Part shown: one piece after another, positions 10,514 through 20,666 of the stretch | Layout: every line of letters starts with the position of its first letter | How positions within the stretch are numbered: the stretch's first letter is position 1 | NCBI GenBank assembly: GCA_044224525.1 | Contig: JBGAKI010000001.1 | Coordinates: forward strand, 12,917 to 76,916 | From: Polyangiales bacterium | GTDB taxonomy: Bacteria > Myxococcota_A > Polyangia > Polyangiales > CBDCBC01 | DNA length: 64,000 bases | Reading direction: 5' to 3' | Position numbers and translations under genes: made by a program | Notes under the pieces: generated by a model | The model's input: the letters and a program-made list of their open reading frames with translations, nothing else | Database searches by the model: none | Told to the model about the DNA's origin: nothing

Positions 10514-11197
10514 GTGAAAAAGAAGCTTGTATTAGGTTTTTGCTTATTTTTATGCGTTGAAGCAAAGCAGTATAGTGTCGCTGCAGGCGGGCCACCTCCA
10601 TCGCCGACAGATCCAGAGCGCAGTTTTTATTGTGGAAAGGTAGGCAATCCATTTCCCGATGAAGGAGGCTGTACGTATTACGTCGCCTTAGATGTAAGCA
10701 GGTTGTGTAAGCAGATTGCTGATGACACTGTTGCGTATCTGCGTGCATCTACCAAGCCGGTGTATGAAGATTCTTCTATCGAAGGAATAGAAAGTTTCTT
10801 TGATGACATACTAACCAATGAAACTGATAGAGTTGAGGTGTATTCGCATAGAGTTCAAACTAGTACCGAGCTTATTGACGTAAATAAGATTGATAACGAC
10901 GGGGCGCTTAAAAAATACTGGCCCGGACCACAAAAGGCATTTGATAACTATACTAAAATACAATCCTTTACTTATGACCCTGTGGGTGGTCGTATGCTTG
11001 CTAGTTTTGGTTTGACGAAAAAGGATCCAAACAAGATGAGCGATTGGACTAATCCAGATGAAGTGGAAGAATGCCCGTCATTTTTTTCAGGTGGAGCTCA
11101 GCTAAGCGGAATTCAAAAGTATATGCTCAAAGAATTTTTTTATGGGCCATATTACACCGCGATGGAATATATCGCTGCGCACTATGCTTGCCAATAG
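10514..11197 (+). CDS. Secreted hypothetical protein with conserved Cys pattern (probable paralog of 50289-50867)
   Basis: GAGGA RBS, signal peptide, AT-rich; lies between two oriIS-like copies. Confidence 0.75.
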   Translation: MKKKLVLGFCLFLCVEAKQYSVAAGGPPPSPTDPERSFYCGKVGNPFPDEGGCTYYVALDVSRLCKQIADDTVAYLRASTKPVYEDSSIEGIESFFDDILTNETDRVEVYSHRVQTSTELIDVNKIDNDGALKKYWPGPQKAFDNYTKIQSFTYDPVGGRMLASFGLTKKDPNKMSDWTNPDEVEECPSFFSGGAQLSGIQKYMLKEFFYGPYYTAMEYIAAHYACQ

Positions 11198-11298
11198 CAC
11201 GATCGATTGAACAATAGGTCAGAGGTCAACTTTCTTGGCATGAAGAAGTCCGTTCTTGAAAACTACAACGCAAGTCTCTTGTATTTACTTTAGGTGCA

Positions 11299-11465
11299 GT
11301 GCAAAACACGAGTAAAAAACGTCAAAAAAGCTTAGTGCACTGGCCTAAAGTCCATGCAGTGCAAATCGCAACGCACATCGTGCGCTTGAATACGAAAAAC
11401 AACGACCCGCCCGGCCGCACGAACTGAGCGAAAACTCAAAAAGCCGTATTTGATTTTCCTATACG
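11299..11465 (+). mobile_element. IS91/ISCR oriIS-like right end, copy 2
   Basis: ~167-bp near-identical direct repeat of 10277-10444, ends tttgattttcctatacg. Confidence 0.8.
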
Positions 11466-11624
11466 TCGACCAAGTGTAACGAGGCTTATGCGAGAGTTAT
11501 GAATGACACGGTGGGCAGCATTTTCTGAAACGCAAGCTACCACACTAAAACACGGCGCCGCTATTGCTGATTCTTAAACAACAGTTAGCGAAGGTGAGGG
11601 CCAAGTCTCAACTTTTAACCCTGC

Positions 11625-12743
11625 TTAGTATGGTTGGGTCTTGAGCATACAGGATGCACTTTCGCAATATGCGAGCTCGAGAAACTCGCGACGCCAAGCG
11701 AGTACATTGGTATAAGTCGATTCCGACGCATAAATATTCGAGAAGTCGGTTACCTTTTTTTGGTCTCGTAGATAATAAAAAACTCGATCGACATATCGAC
11801 TGAGCCTCTCGTCGAGTACACGCCGCGTAATACAAAATAGCTCATTATTTCCAACCAGAATGGTGTCAACATTACTCAGCGTTCCGATGACTTCAATGAC
11901 GCCGTCGCGTGTCGTAAAAAGCGGCCCTCCAGAGTCTCCATGCTGAACAAAAGTGCCCAACTCGGTCAAACAAAGAAAAGATGGCTCGTCTAGTTGATCA
12001 TAAGAAAAAATCCGCAGTGGTGCCCCTGCAAGTTCAAACTCTACGCGAGGGTCAACAAGATCTCCATCATCGAGCGCTCGAGTAAAGGTTGTTTGTCGAT
12101 CATATGGCTGGTTCTCTCCAGCATTATACGTCGCCCCAGCGATCTTATAATCTTGTGATGCATCGTAAGTCTTAAGACTTACATCTAAGAGATTTGTAAG
12201 CGCCGGCGTCCCGTCTTGCAGTTTGATGTTTTGAAATTGCGTTGGCCATACTACAAGACCTTTATCATACCATCCCGACAGTGGAATCACTTCTCCTATA
12301 TCATGCGTAAAATAAGAGGGATCTTTGTACATGTGTGTATCGTCTTTTTCGGAGCAAAAAACCAACTCAGGGTGTTGGTTTGCAGCAAGACAAATGCACG
12401 AAATATTTGCTTCGTTTTCATAGGCCGCAATGACATGCGCAGACGTTAGTAACGATGATCGAGTCGGACCCATCAAAGTGGCTGTTCCTAAAAAGACTGG
12501 AATCTTTTCGACGTTTACTATCTCAGCAACCTCGTCTATTGTAGTCGGGCACGCACCATCGTTCTTTTTTGCAGTTCCGTAGAGTGCAACTACGTTCGCG
12601 AGCGCGGGCTCTGTCGCCAGAGTATCCGAGCTTGGTTTATGGATAGCGCTTTGACGCTCTTGTATCTCGTCATGACCGCTGCAAGCCGCCACAACAAGCC
12701 ACCACGCTGCTAGCGCTGCCGCCCGTAAACTAAGATAAGACAT
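11625..12743 (-). CDS. Trypsin-like (S1) serine protease lipoprotein (start at MSYLSL inferred)
   Basis: Lipobox VAAC; LLTSAH (His), YDKGLV (candidate Asp), HGDSGGPL (Ser). Confidence 0.8.
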   Translation of the reverse strand: MSYLSLRAAALAAWWLVVAACSGHDEIQERQSAIHKPSSDTLATEPALANVVALYGTAKKNDGACPTTIDEVAEIVNVEKIPVFLGTATLMGPTRSSLLTSAHVIAAYENEANISCICLAANQHPELVFCSEKDDTHMYKDPSYFTHDIGEVIPLSGWYDKGLVVWPTQFQNIKLQDGTPALTNLLDVSLKTYDASQDYKIAGATYNAGENQPYDRQTTFTRALDDGDLVDPRVEFELAGAPLRIFSYDQLDEPSFLCLTELGTFVQHGDSGGPLFTTRDGVIEVIGTLSNVDTILVGNNELFCITRRVLDERLSRYVDRVFYYLRDQKKVTDFSNIYASESTYTNVLAWRREFLELAYCESASCMLKTQPY

Positions 12744-12800
12744 AACTAAGGCTAAAATTATAGCTGAAAAAAGAATGCGGTCGAGCGAGAAAATAATTCG

Positions 12801-12831
12801 CCCCAAAAACCAAAGACTTTGTATAAGCCGA
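12801..12831 (+). repeat. 31-bp direct repeat, copy 2 (right island boundary)
   Basis: Identical to 5964-5994. Confidence 0.9.
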
Positions 12832-12872
12832 TGCTCGAGAAGAACGACGGCCTATAGCTTGGTGCACCGCAC

Positions 12873-13850
12873 TTAGCTTGCCAAGTGACACGCGGCAAAA
12901 TGTCCGGGGGTCAGTTCGCGCAGCTCGGGTACTTTGACATCACACAGCCCTTTTTCAGCGATCGGGCAACGCGGATGAAACGTGCAACCAGGTGGCGGTG
13001 AAATGGGGTTGGGAATTTCGCCCGCGATTACCAAACGTTTGCGTTCGGTCGTTGGGTCGGGGATCGGCACCGCATCGAGCAACGCGCGTGTATATGGGTG
13101 CTTAGGTGTGGAATAAAGTGCTTCGGTGGGCCCTTGTTCAACAATGCTGCCCAGATACATCACCGCCACGCGATTGCTAAGATGGTGCACCACGCGCAAA
13201 TCGTGCGAGATAAATACGTAGCTCAAACCAACTTGCTCTTTTAGATCACTCAGCAAATTAATAATTTGCGCCTGAATCGACACATCAAGCGCACTTACCG
13301 CTTCATCCGCGACGATAAGCTCCGGATTCACCGCCAAGGCGCGCGCAATGCCGATGCGCTGGCGTTGCCCGCCGCTGAACGCATGTGGGTAACGCTCCAC
13401 TGTGTCCGCCGCGAGACCCACGCGTTCTAGCAATGACACCGATTTTTCGCGCGCCTCTTTGCGCGACTTCACCAGCTTATGCACAATCAACACTTCGCGC
13501 AGCGTTTGCCCAATGGTCATACGCGGGTTGAGCGACGAATAGGGGTCTTGAAATATGATTTGCGCTTTGCGTCTAAACTTGATCAGTTCTTTTTGACGCT
13601 GCTTGGTAATGTCGGTGCCATCAAAGAGCACTTGCCCGGTGGTGGGTTCATGCAGCCTCAGCGCAACCCGCGCAAACGTGCTTTTGCCGCACCCCGACTC
13701 GCCCACAAGCCCCAGCACTTCGCCGCGCTCAAGCCGCACGTTCACATCTTTCAAGGCGCGCAGCGTCTGCTTGGCGCGGCCAAATAAGTTGCGCTTCACC
13801 ACAAAGGTTTTGCTGAGGCCACGCGTTTCAAGAATTGGCGCTTCAGCCAT
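12873..13850 (-). CDS. Oligopeptide/dipeptide ABC transporter ATP-binding protein (OppF/DppF-like)
   Basis: GESGCGKS, FSGGQRQR, DEAVSALD, C-terminal GCTFHPRCP...ACH. Confidence 0.93.
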   Translation of the reverse strand: MAEAPILETRGLSKTFVVKRNLFGRAKQTLRALKDVNVRLERGEVLGLVGESGCGKSTFARVALRLHEPTTGQVLFDGTDITKQRQKELIKFRRKAQIIFQDPYSSLNPRMTIGQTLREVLIVHKLVKSRKEAREKSVSLLERVGLAADTVERYPHAFSGGQRQRIGIARALAVNPELIVADEAVSALDVSIQAQIINLLSDLKEQVGLSYVFISHDLRVVHHLSNRVAVMYLGSIVEQGPTEALYSTPKHPYTRALLDAVPIPDPTTERKRLVIAGEIPNPISPPPGCTFHPRCPIAEKGLCDVKVPELRELTPGHFAACHLAS

Positions 13851-14877
13851 CGTTCACCTCGTTGTCGGTTTTTGCTGCGCTCACTTCACCATACGGATGA
13901 TGACACGCCACCCAATGGCCGTCTTTAAGCTCGCGCAGCGCCGGATCTTCAGCAATGCATTGCGCGCTAACACGCTCGCATCGGCTCTGAAAACGGCAGC
14001 CTTTGGGTAGCGCATCCAAGCGCGGCACCACCCCCGGAATAGTCTTAAGCTTGTGTTTGCTTTGCCGCTGTCGATCGAAAGTTGGCAAGCTTGCAAGCAA
14101 CCCATGCGTGTAAGGATGCGCGGGCGAAGCAAAGAGCGTGCGCGTCGACGCACGTTCGACCACGCGTCCCGCATACATCACCGCAACATCATCGGCGAAC
14201 TCGGCCACCACGCCCAAGTCGTGCGTGATCAGCAAAATGCTCATGCCTACTTCTTGTTGTGTTTTACGCAAGAGCTCTAAAATCTGCGCCTGCACGGTCA
14301 CATCGAGCGCGGTGGTGGGCTCGTCGGCGATCAACACTTTAGGCGTACACGCAAGCGCCATCGCAATCAACACACGCTGCCGCATTCCGCCTGAAAGCTG
14401 GTGTGGGTAAGCATGCACGCGCGACTCGGCCGCGGGGATGCTGACTTGTTTCAAGAGTTCGATCGCTCGCGCAAGGGCTTCTTGACGTGACATCTTTTGG
14501 TGTACGCGCAGCACCTCGGTGATTTGTGAGCCCACCGAAAGCACGGGGTTCAGCGCGCTCATCGGGTCTTGGAAAATCATCGCCATCTCGCGCCCGCGCA
14601 CGCTGCACATGTCACGTTCTTTCAGTTTGAGCAGGTCGCGATCCTCAAGCTTAACTTCACCTTCCACCACCGAGCCGATATGTGTGGGAATAAGCCGCAT
14701 CATCGAAAGTGCTGTCACACTCTTCCCCGAACCCGACTCGCCCACAAGCCCAAGCGTCTTCTTGCTCGCCAGCGTAAAACTCACTCTATCAACCGCGCGC
14801 ACAGCCTTGCGCTTACCAACGACAAGATTGCCACTGGCGGCGCGAAACTCGGTGCTGAGATGATTCACTTCAAGCAT
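13843..14877 (-). CDS. Oligopeptide/dipeptide ABC transporter ATP-binding protein (OppD/DppD-like)
   Basis: [24 protein letters not shown]. Confidence 0.93.
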   Translation of the reverse strand: MLEVNHLSTEFRAASGNLVVGKRKAVRAVDRVSFTLASKKTLGLVGESGSGKSVTALSMMRLIPTHIGSVVEGEVKLEDRDLLKLKERDMCSVRGREMAMIFQDPMSALNPVLSVGSQITEVLRVHQKMSRQEALARAIELLKQVSIPAAESRVHAYPHQLSGGMRQRVLIAMALACTPKVLIADEPTTALDVTVQAQILELLRKTQQEVGMSILLITHDLGVVAEFADDVAVMYAGRVVERASTRTLFASPAHPYTHGLLASLPTFDRQRQSKHKLKTIPGVVPRLDALPKGCRFQSRCERVSAQCIAEDPALRELKDGHWVACHHPYGEVSAAKTDNEVNDG

Positions 14878-14897
14878 GTTTGACTTAGCTTACCAGC

Positions 14898-15827
14898 TTA
14901 AGGGTGGGTACAATCCATATAACGCACATCAACGCTCGTGTCGGGTTCTTGCTGAAACGCCCCCTTTGGCAGCGCTCGGTTGAGTTCAATATCTTTGAAA
15001 TTGAACACGGTGTTGATGTCTTCGCTCGGCACCTCTAGCTGAATTTGGGTGGGCATCGCCACGCCTTGCACTTCTTTATGCGAGCCAAGCGGTGCCCGCA
15101 CCACTTCATAATCATCATAGCTCACATGCCACTGCACCTTGCCATCGGCACTGTGCATCGTCGCTTCGCGCAAGCGCAAGCGCTGCTCGTAAGGCTCACG
15201 GTCAACATCCACCTCACGCACATCAAACGCTTGTGTCAGCGTGCGCCCATCCTTGAGCTTGGTTGTGGTTTCATATCCATGTGCACCGCAGCTAGGCGCG
15301 CCCTGACCAAGCTCGCCGCGATAAGGCGCATCCCCAAGCAAAATCATCACCATCTCGCTTGCTGTAAAGGGCACCCCAAGCTTGCGCCCTATCTCGCGCT
15401 CACAATTTTGTCCATACCGATAACGTTTGCGCCCAATATCAAACATCGCAAACACATCACCGTTGTAAGTTGCCGTCATCACCGGCCCAAACTGGGTCGA
15501 CACATCGATGCGAATATGATTGGGTGGCTCAACCATCATCATCAACGTGGCGCGCACGCGCCCACCATCACCACGCTGCTCAACGCGCGCCTCGCCCACA
15601 AACGACGTCACATAAGCGCGCGTCGATCGGTACGCACTCTCAAGCTTCACGCTTTCCACAAACGGCTTGCTCGGACATCGCGCCCCCCCACACCCTACCA
15701 GCATCAAAATCAACAGCAAAGCAAGTACACAAAGCGGAAAGAAAGATTTCTGGAGTGCGCGGGTGCTCCCGCTTTGTCTATCAGATGAACCCATTGACCA
15801 CATCCAACGCAAGTTGATAACGCCCAA
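14898..15827 (-). CDS. Lipoprotein, LolA/LolB/DUF4292-like fold (true start probably downstream of 15827)
   Basis: Lipobox LVGC, beta-rich sequence ending IELNRALPKGAF. Confidence 0.65.
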   Translation of the reverse strand: MGVINLRWMWSMGSSDRQSGSTRALQKSFFPLCVLALLLILMLVGCGGARCPSKPFVESVKLESAYRSTRAYVTSFVGEARVEQRGDGGRVRATLMMMVEPPNHIRIDVSTQFGPVMTATYNGDVFAMFDIGRKRYRYGQNCEREIGRKLGVPFTASEMVMILLGDAPYRGELGQGAPSCGAHGYETTTKLKDGRTLTQAFDVREVDVDREPYEQRLRLREATMHSADGKVQWHVSYDDYEVVRAPLGSHKEVQGVAMPTQIQLEVPSEDINTVFNFKDIELNRALPKGAFQQEPDTSVDVRYMDCTHP

Positions 15828-17631
15828 ACGGAGGCATGATGTATGCTCCCTGCACGCGATGCTTCACAGCATCAAGCATTTCGCGCGCGATCGCAACGCC
15901 TTCTTTGCGACCCAAATCGCTGTTACCCGCGCGCCGCATCCGCTCGCGAATCTCTTCGGGCACTGCCATACCTGGCACTTCATTATGCAAAAATTCCGCA
16001 TTGCGATAGCTCGCAAGCGGCAAAAGCCCAACCAGCACCGGCACTTTCAACGGCGCCACATCGTTCAAGAACCGATCGAGTACCGCGGGATCATATACCG
16101 GCTGCGTCATAATCAGCTCCGCGCCCGCCTGGCATTTCGATTTCAGTCGCGCGATCTCGCGTTGATAATCATGCGCCGCAGGCTCCGCACCCGTTGCACA
16201 CAAAAACTCAGTCGCGTGATCCATCAGCTTGCCGCCGGGGTCCACGCCGTGGTTCAACTCACGCGCCAAACGCAAAAGGCCAATCGAATCCAAATCATAC
16301 ACCGCCGTGGCATCCGGAAAATCACCCATTTTAGGCGGGTCGCCTGTCACCACCACCAAGTTGCGCACACCAAGCTCGTGTGAACACAACAAATGAGCCA
16401 CCAACCCCAGCAGGTTGCGATCGCGCGTCGTCACATGCATCAAGGTTGGCATATCAAATTTTTCTTGAATGCGCGTACACAAGGCAAGGTTACCCATGCG
16501 CGCTGTCGCGCGCGCGCCATCTGCCACATTGATTACGTCCACCCCGCCATCTTTGAGCAATTTCACGCCCGCCATCGTTCGCTCTAAATCAAGCCCCGCC
16601 GGTGGATTCACCTCAACCGACACAATAAACTTATTCGTCGAAAGTTTTGCGCCAAGCACACCTTTTTCATGCGTTGCTTTGACGGTATGATGCGTTTCGA
16701 TCTCAATGCGCGGCGGGTTGCTCTCGCGCATACCGCCGCCGCTTTCATTTCCTGCAGCGCCCATCATGCGCGCCGCTTGCGCAATCTTGCGCACGTGATC
16801 GGGCGTTGTGCCGCAACACCCACCCACGGCATTCACGCCCGCCTTATAAAGGCGCCGCGCATACACCATAAAATACTCAGGCGTCGCAAAATACGCCATG
16901 CGCCCTTCGATGCGCTGCGGAATGCCAGCATTGGGCTGCGCAATCAAGGGCAACTTCGCGCCCTGCATCCGCGTCACCATTTCATACACACCCGCCGGCC
17001 CCGTGGCGCAATTCACCCCTATTGCTTGCACGCCCAAGTTTTTAAGTTGCTCAGCAATCGCTTCGGGCCCCGTGCCATCGGCCATCGTGCCAAACGCATC
17101 AAACGACACCAACGCCAACACGGGGATACGACCCTGCGCCGCCTCTTGCGCTGCTTCAATCGCAAGCTTCAGTTCGCTGGGTTGGCGAAACGTCTCAAGC
17201 ACAAACGCATCGATGCCTTCATCAGCCAACGCGCGACACTGCTCAAGAAAGGTATTCTTAATCTGCTGTTCTTCCTCAGCATTAAGCGCTTTGATAATCA
17301 ACCCCGTTGGCCCAACCGATGCTCCCACAAATGCTTCATCGCGCACCACCTCGCGCGCAAGCTTCACCGCGGCTTGATTAATCAGCACGGTCTTGTCGCC
17401 CAGTCCGTGCACGTTCAGGCGCAGGCGGTTGGCGCCAAACGTGTTGGTTGTGATGAGATTTGCGCCGGCTTGCAAATAACCACGGTGAATTTCCTGCACC
17501 AGTGCCGGGTTCGACAGACACGCTTCTTCAAAGCACTTATTATAAAGCATCCCGCGCTCGTAAAGCTGGGTGCCCACAGCGCCGTCAAAAACCAAAGGTG
17601 TGCTCGAAAGCCGATCAAGAAATGCGTTCAT
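15781..17631 (-). CDS. Bifunctional homocysteine S-methyltransferase / methylenetetrahydrofolate reductase (YitJ-like)
   Basis: DGAVGTQL, GVNC, GGCCGTTP followed by MTHFR domain (VEVNPP, TGDPP, TQPVYD). Confidence 0.93.
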   Translation of the reverse strand: MNAFLDRLSSTPLVFDGAVGTQLYERGMLYNKCFEEACLSNPALVQEIHRGYLQAGANLITTNTFGANRLRLNVHGLGDKTVLINQAAVKLAREVVRDEAFVGASVGPTGLIIKALNAEEEQQIKNTFLEQCRALADEGIDAFVLETFRQPSELKLAIEAAQEAAQGRIPVLALVSFDAFGTMADGTGPEAIAEQLKNLGVQAIGVNCATGPAGVYEMVTRMQGAKLPLIAQPNAGIPQRIEGRMAYFATPEYFMVYARRLYKAGVNAVGGCCGTTPDHVRKIAQAARMMGAAGNESGGGMRESNPPRIEIETHHTVKATHEKGVLGAKLSTNKFIVSVEVNPPAGLDLERTMAGVKLLKDGGVDVINVADGARATARMGNLALCTRIQEKFDMPTLMHVTTRDRNLLGLVAHLLCSHELGVRNLVVVTGDPPKMGDFPDATAVYDLDSIGLLRLARELNHGVDPGGKLMDHATEFLCATGAEPAAHDYQREIARLKSKCQAGAELIMTQPVYDPAVLDRFLNDVAPLKVPVLVGLLPLASYRNAEFLHNEVPGMAVPEEIRERMRRAGNSDLGRKEGVAIAREMLDAVKHRVQGAYIMPPFGRYQLALDVVNGFI

Positions 17632-17703
17632 GGATGTACTTTTGCTGGATAAACCACGCGAAGCATACTCGAAATGTGCTCGAAGGGTAGTTTCCGTTAT
17701 GCG

Positions 17704-18549
17704 TCATGCAAGCGTGATGCTTAGCCCTTCATAGGCCGCAATCGACCCGGCAAACATCTGTTTGGCATGTTTTTCCAATGCCAACACCGCATCGTCGCCG
17801 CGATCGGGATCGTGATGAAAAAGCACCAACTGCTTAGCACCTGACAACTTTGCAAGTTCAATGCTTTGAGTATACGTCGAATGTCCCCAGCCCTTTTTAT
17901 TCGGCCCAACCACGCCGCTGTACTCGTCAGGGGTATACATCGAGTCACAAATCAGCACGTCCGCACCTTTGACAAACTCAACCAGCCCCGGCGCCGGCGT
18001 CGCATCCATCTCATTATCAGTGGCGTAAACCACACTTTTGTTTTTGTAGTCGACGCGGTACAAAAACACCCCACCCGGGTGATTGCCCGCAAACGCGCTG
18101 ATCGTGGCACCATTGTCGAGCGTGATCACTTGCGAAGTATCCATGTCGTGAAACACAAGCGTGCTCGGCAAATCCGCCAGCGTGAGCGGAAAGTTTGCCA
18201 GGTTCATCTGCCCCGCAAGCGACGATTCAACTGAGCCCCAAGCCGTGCTCTGTCCATACATATGAATCGTGTGCACTTTGGCAAAAGCCGGTGCAAAAAA
18301 CGGAAAGCCTTGAATATGGTCCCAGTGCACATGGCTCAAGAACATATGCATCGTCAGCGCCTGCGCGCTTTGTTTCGTCAGCGCATTACCCAGCTCCCGA
18401 ATACCGGTGCCCGCGTCAAAAATCAAACGCGTATCGCCACACAACACTTCAACACAACTCGTGTTGCCGCCAATCTTCAAGGTCGAGGGCCCAGGCACCG
18501 GCACGCTACCGCGCACCCCCCAAAATCGCACCTGCATCGACGAGCTCAT
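17704..18549 (-). CDS. MBL-fold metallo-hydrolase
   Basis: WGVRGS, GGNTSC, SHVHWDHIQG, WGHS, FHHDP. Confidence 0.93.
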   Translation of the reverse strand: MSSSMQVRFWGVRGSVPVPGPSTLKIGGNTSCVEVLCGDTRLIFDAGTGIRELGNALTKQSAQALTMHMFLSHVHWDHIQGFPFFAPAFAKVHTIHMYGQSTAWGSVESSLAGQMNLANFPLTLADLPSTLVFHDMDTSQVITLDNGATISAFAGNHPGGVFLYRVDYKNKSVVYATDNEMDATPAPGLVEFVKGADVLICDSMYTPDEYSGVVGPNKKGWGHSTYTQSIELAKLSGAKQLVLFHHDPDRGDDAVLALEKHAKQMFAGSIAAYEGLSITLA

Positions 18550-18621
18550 GGCCTATACGATACGGTCTGCGTGTCCAACGATCAACAAAGTGTTTTTTTA
18601 CCCCAACTGATCGGACCCAAC

Positions 18622-18786
18622 ATGCGTTTAAGACTCTTTTTTGCCGCATTTCTTTTTTTCCTACTAACCGCGGGTACCTGCGACCCGGTCAACGACGGTT
18701 TTGGCGGCCCCTGCTATACCAAATGCGAAGACGGCGGCCCAAACAACGCCGACGCCGGTGGCTGCCGGAAAGTTTGCCCCGTCTAA
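18622..18786 (+). CDS. Small Cys-rich secreted/lipo-peptide (54 aa)
   Basis: MRLRLFFAAFLFFLLTAGTC signal then CxxxC...CxxxC; fills intergenic gap. Confidence 0.6.
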   Translation: MRLRLFFAAFLFFLLTAGTCDPVNDGFGGPCYTKCEDGGPNNADAGGCRKVCPV

Positions 18787-18899
18787 CAAGCCCACCCATC
18801 CGTTTCACGACAAGGAAGAATATTTACAGCTAAAGAATAATTTAACCTCTCATCATATCGTATTCTGATAGGTACACTTCTTGCTTCAGTTAGCTCGCA

Positions 18900-20264
18900 A
18901 TGTCCTTGCTTACTCCCAAAGCGCCAAACTACTTCCCAGTTTACTGCTCGTTGTTCGCTACTCTGGTTTTGAGTACGGGATGTTCAGTCATCAGCGATCA
19001 GCTCGACTCGAACGCATCGGGTCAGCAAACGATCGCTGCACAAGTGACCGAGTTTAGTTTTCCAGAATGTAGGCCCGATCAACGTGCAGTGATCGCTGCA
19101 GCGAAGTTATCGTTCAAAGGCACAAACCCGCAATCAACTCCGGTGATTCTTGAAATCATGAATGCTTCGGGGTCCTCCATTCATCAACCCATATCACTCA
19201 GTGTCGTTCAGCGCCCAGATCTTTTCGAATACCAAACTCCAACGCTCGATAGTCGCCAGAACGCACTTTCGGGTCGACCGTCTCAAGTTAAGGTGACCTA
19301 TCCCGACACGTTGGTATTTGATCACGTCGATGCTGCCGAAGGCGATCAGCAATGGATTCGATGCGTGAGCAAAGCAGACCTTGACGCCGACGAAACAAAC
19401 TCGCCTTTTGTGGATCAATCCAACACCAGTTCGCAAGCCCTTGGCAACGGGTACTACGCCGAGATTGCCGTGCGTTATCCCAATGCATGCGAACCTCACC
19501 AACAAGAATACGGTTACATTAATTTTTCTGCGCAGAACGCCCTCAAAGGTTCGCTAAGCATCGACGAGCCTCACACCTGGGCGTACTATGCCAACAGTAA
19601 ATCGGAAAAAGCGTGGTTCGATCAGATCTTCGACAGTGCTGACAGCACAAAAATTACGAGCGCGCGTGTGGTTGGGCTTCCCCCCGAAAACATTGGCCTG
19701 CAGGTGCTGATCATGGCCTTCAGACACAGCGACCTACAAGACTTCACTTACGTGCGGCAAAACCTTTCGATCGGACGCTACTGCATCCCGCCCGTTCAAA
19801 TCAAAACCCGCCCCACAACCATGACAAGCACAGCGAGTGGCATCACTGTGTCCACACCCATATCGACCCCGACGTCGCAAGCCATACCAACCGTGTCACC
19901 AGTGGGCGCGCCAGAGCCTCCCCAACAACCCAATCAAACGTGCCTCAATAGCGGCATACCAATCGCGCCCGATCAACTCTGTATCGAGGCCACGCTCGCA
20001 TCGCGCGATCCGATCGTCAAAACCTACGCTTTCTTTTCACACGACAAGATCAAATTCCCCGATGGGTTGACCTTAGAAGCCTCAGACAACACCAAGTTCT
20101 TCTTTTATATTCCGTCACAAGCCTATATCGGCATCAACCGAACACTCGACAACTACAGCCCCGGGCAACGCTTTTTCCTGATCGCGATCAGATACCCTTA
20201 TTTTCAACCCAATCCTGGTACTTCGGAACCCTGGGAACTCGTCAACGTTTTCCCTCGAAACTGA
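18900..20264 (+). CDS. Hypothetical lipoprotein with Pro/Thr linker and C-terminal domain resembling 63433-64000
   Basis: 454-aa ORF, lipobox STGC, PT-rich linker. Confidence 0.75.
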   Translation: MSLLTPKAPNYFPVYCSLFATLVLSTGCSVISDQLDSNASGQQTIAAQVTEFSFPECRPDQRAVIAAAKLSFKGTNPQSTPVILEIMNASGSSIHQPISLSVVQRPDLFEYQTPTLDSRQNALSGRPSQVKVTYPDTLVFDHVDAAEGDQQWIRCVSKADLDADETNSPFVDQSNTSSQALGNGYYAEIAVRYPNACEPHQQEYGYINFSAQNALKGSLSIDEPHTWAYYANSKSEKAWFDQIFDSADSTKITSARVVGLPPENIGLQVLIMAFRHSDLQDFTYVRQNLSIGRYCIPPVQIKTRPTTMTSTASGITVSTPISTPTSQAIPTVSPVGAPEPPQQPNQTCLNSGIPIAPDQLCIEATLASRDPIVKTYAFFSHDKIKFPDGLTLEASDNTKFFFYIPSQAYIGINRTLDNYSPGQRFFLIAIRYPYFQPNPGTSEPWELVNVFPRN

Positions 20265-20371
20265 CCCACTGGATAGCCAGGAGCACGCCAGATTATGCAC
20301 TAATTTCAATGCCTTATGATTATGGGGTGGCGACTTGAAGTTTTTCTGAATCATGTGATATAATCAAAAGC

Positions 20372-20629
20372 GTGAGGGTATCACTCCAAAAGCTCGGTGC
20401 GACCAAGCCGCAGAAAATCGTCGGTAAGCTTTTAAGCCAGCCACGCCTCGGTTCAGTGATCGTAGTTGAGTTCGCCGACGGCCTTCACGAATACGTGACC
20501 ACCCCTGTCAAACGCATCCTCAAACAGGCCGAGGGTGAGGTCTATTATATCGAGACCACCAACAGTCGCTATCGCGTCGAAATCTCCGAAGGCGACGACA
20601 TCGTGCTCGACAACTCCGCCGTACGCTAA
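20372..20629 (+). CDS. Small hypothetical protein
   Basis: 85 aa, host-like codon usage, TATAAT 7 nt upstream of GTG. Confidence 0.75.
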   Translation: MRVSLQKLGATKPQKIVGKLLSQPRLGSVIVVEFADGLHEYVTTPVKRILKQAEGEVYYIETTNSRYRVEISEGDDIVLDNSAVR

Positions 20630-20666
20630 CCGCCGGTTGCACGCCCCATCCCACGCACCGCGTCGG

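Noticed and set aside
6741..12743. Island as an integron cassette array
   Set aside because: Genes are in mixed orientation, no attC-like RYYYAAC...GTTRRRY pairs were recognised and no integron integrase is present
12873..14877. Peptide ABC ATPases without permease or binding protein
   Set aside because: Separated oppDF pairs are common; partners probably lie elsewhere in the genome
15045..17652. Long plus-strand ORFs (15045, 15667, 16669) and similar shadows at 21797, 35031, 45411
   Set aside because: Antisense to well-supported genes, no motifs; expected from codon bias
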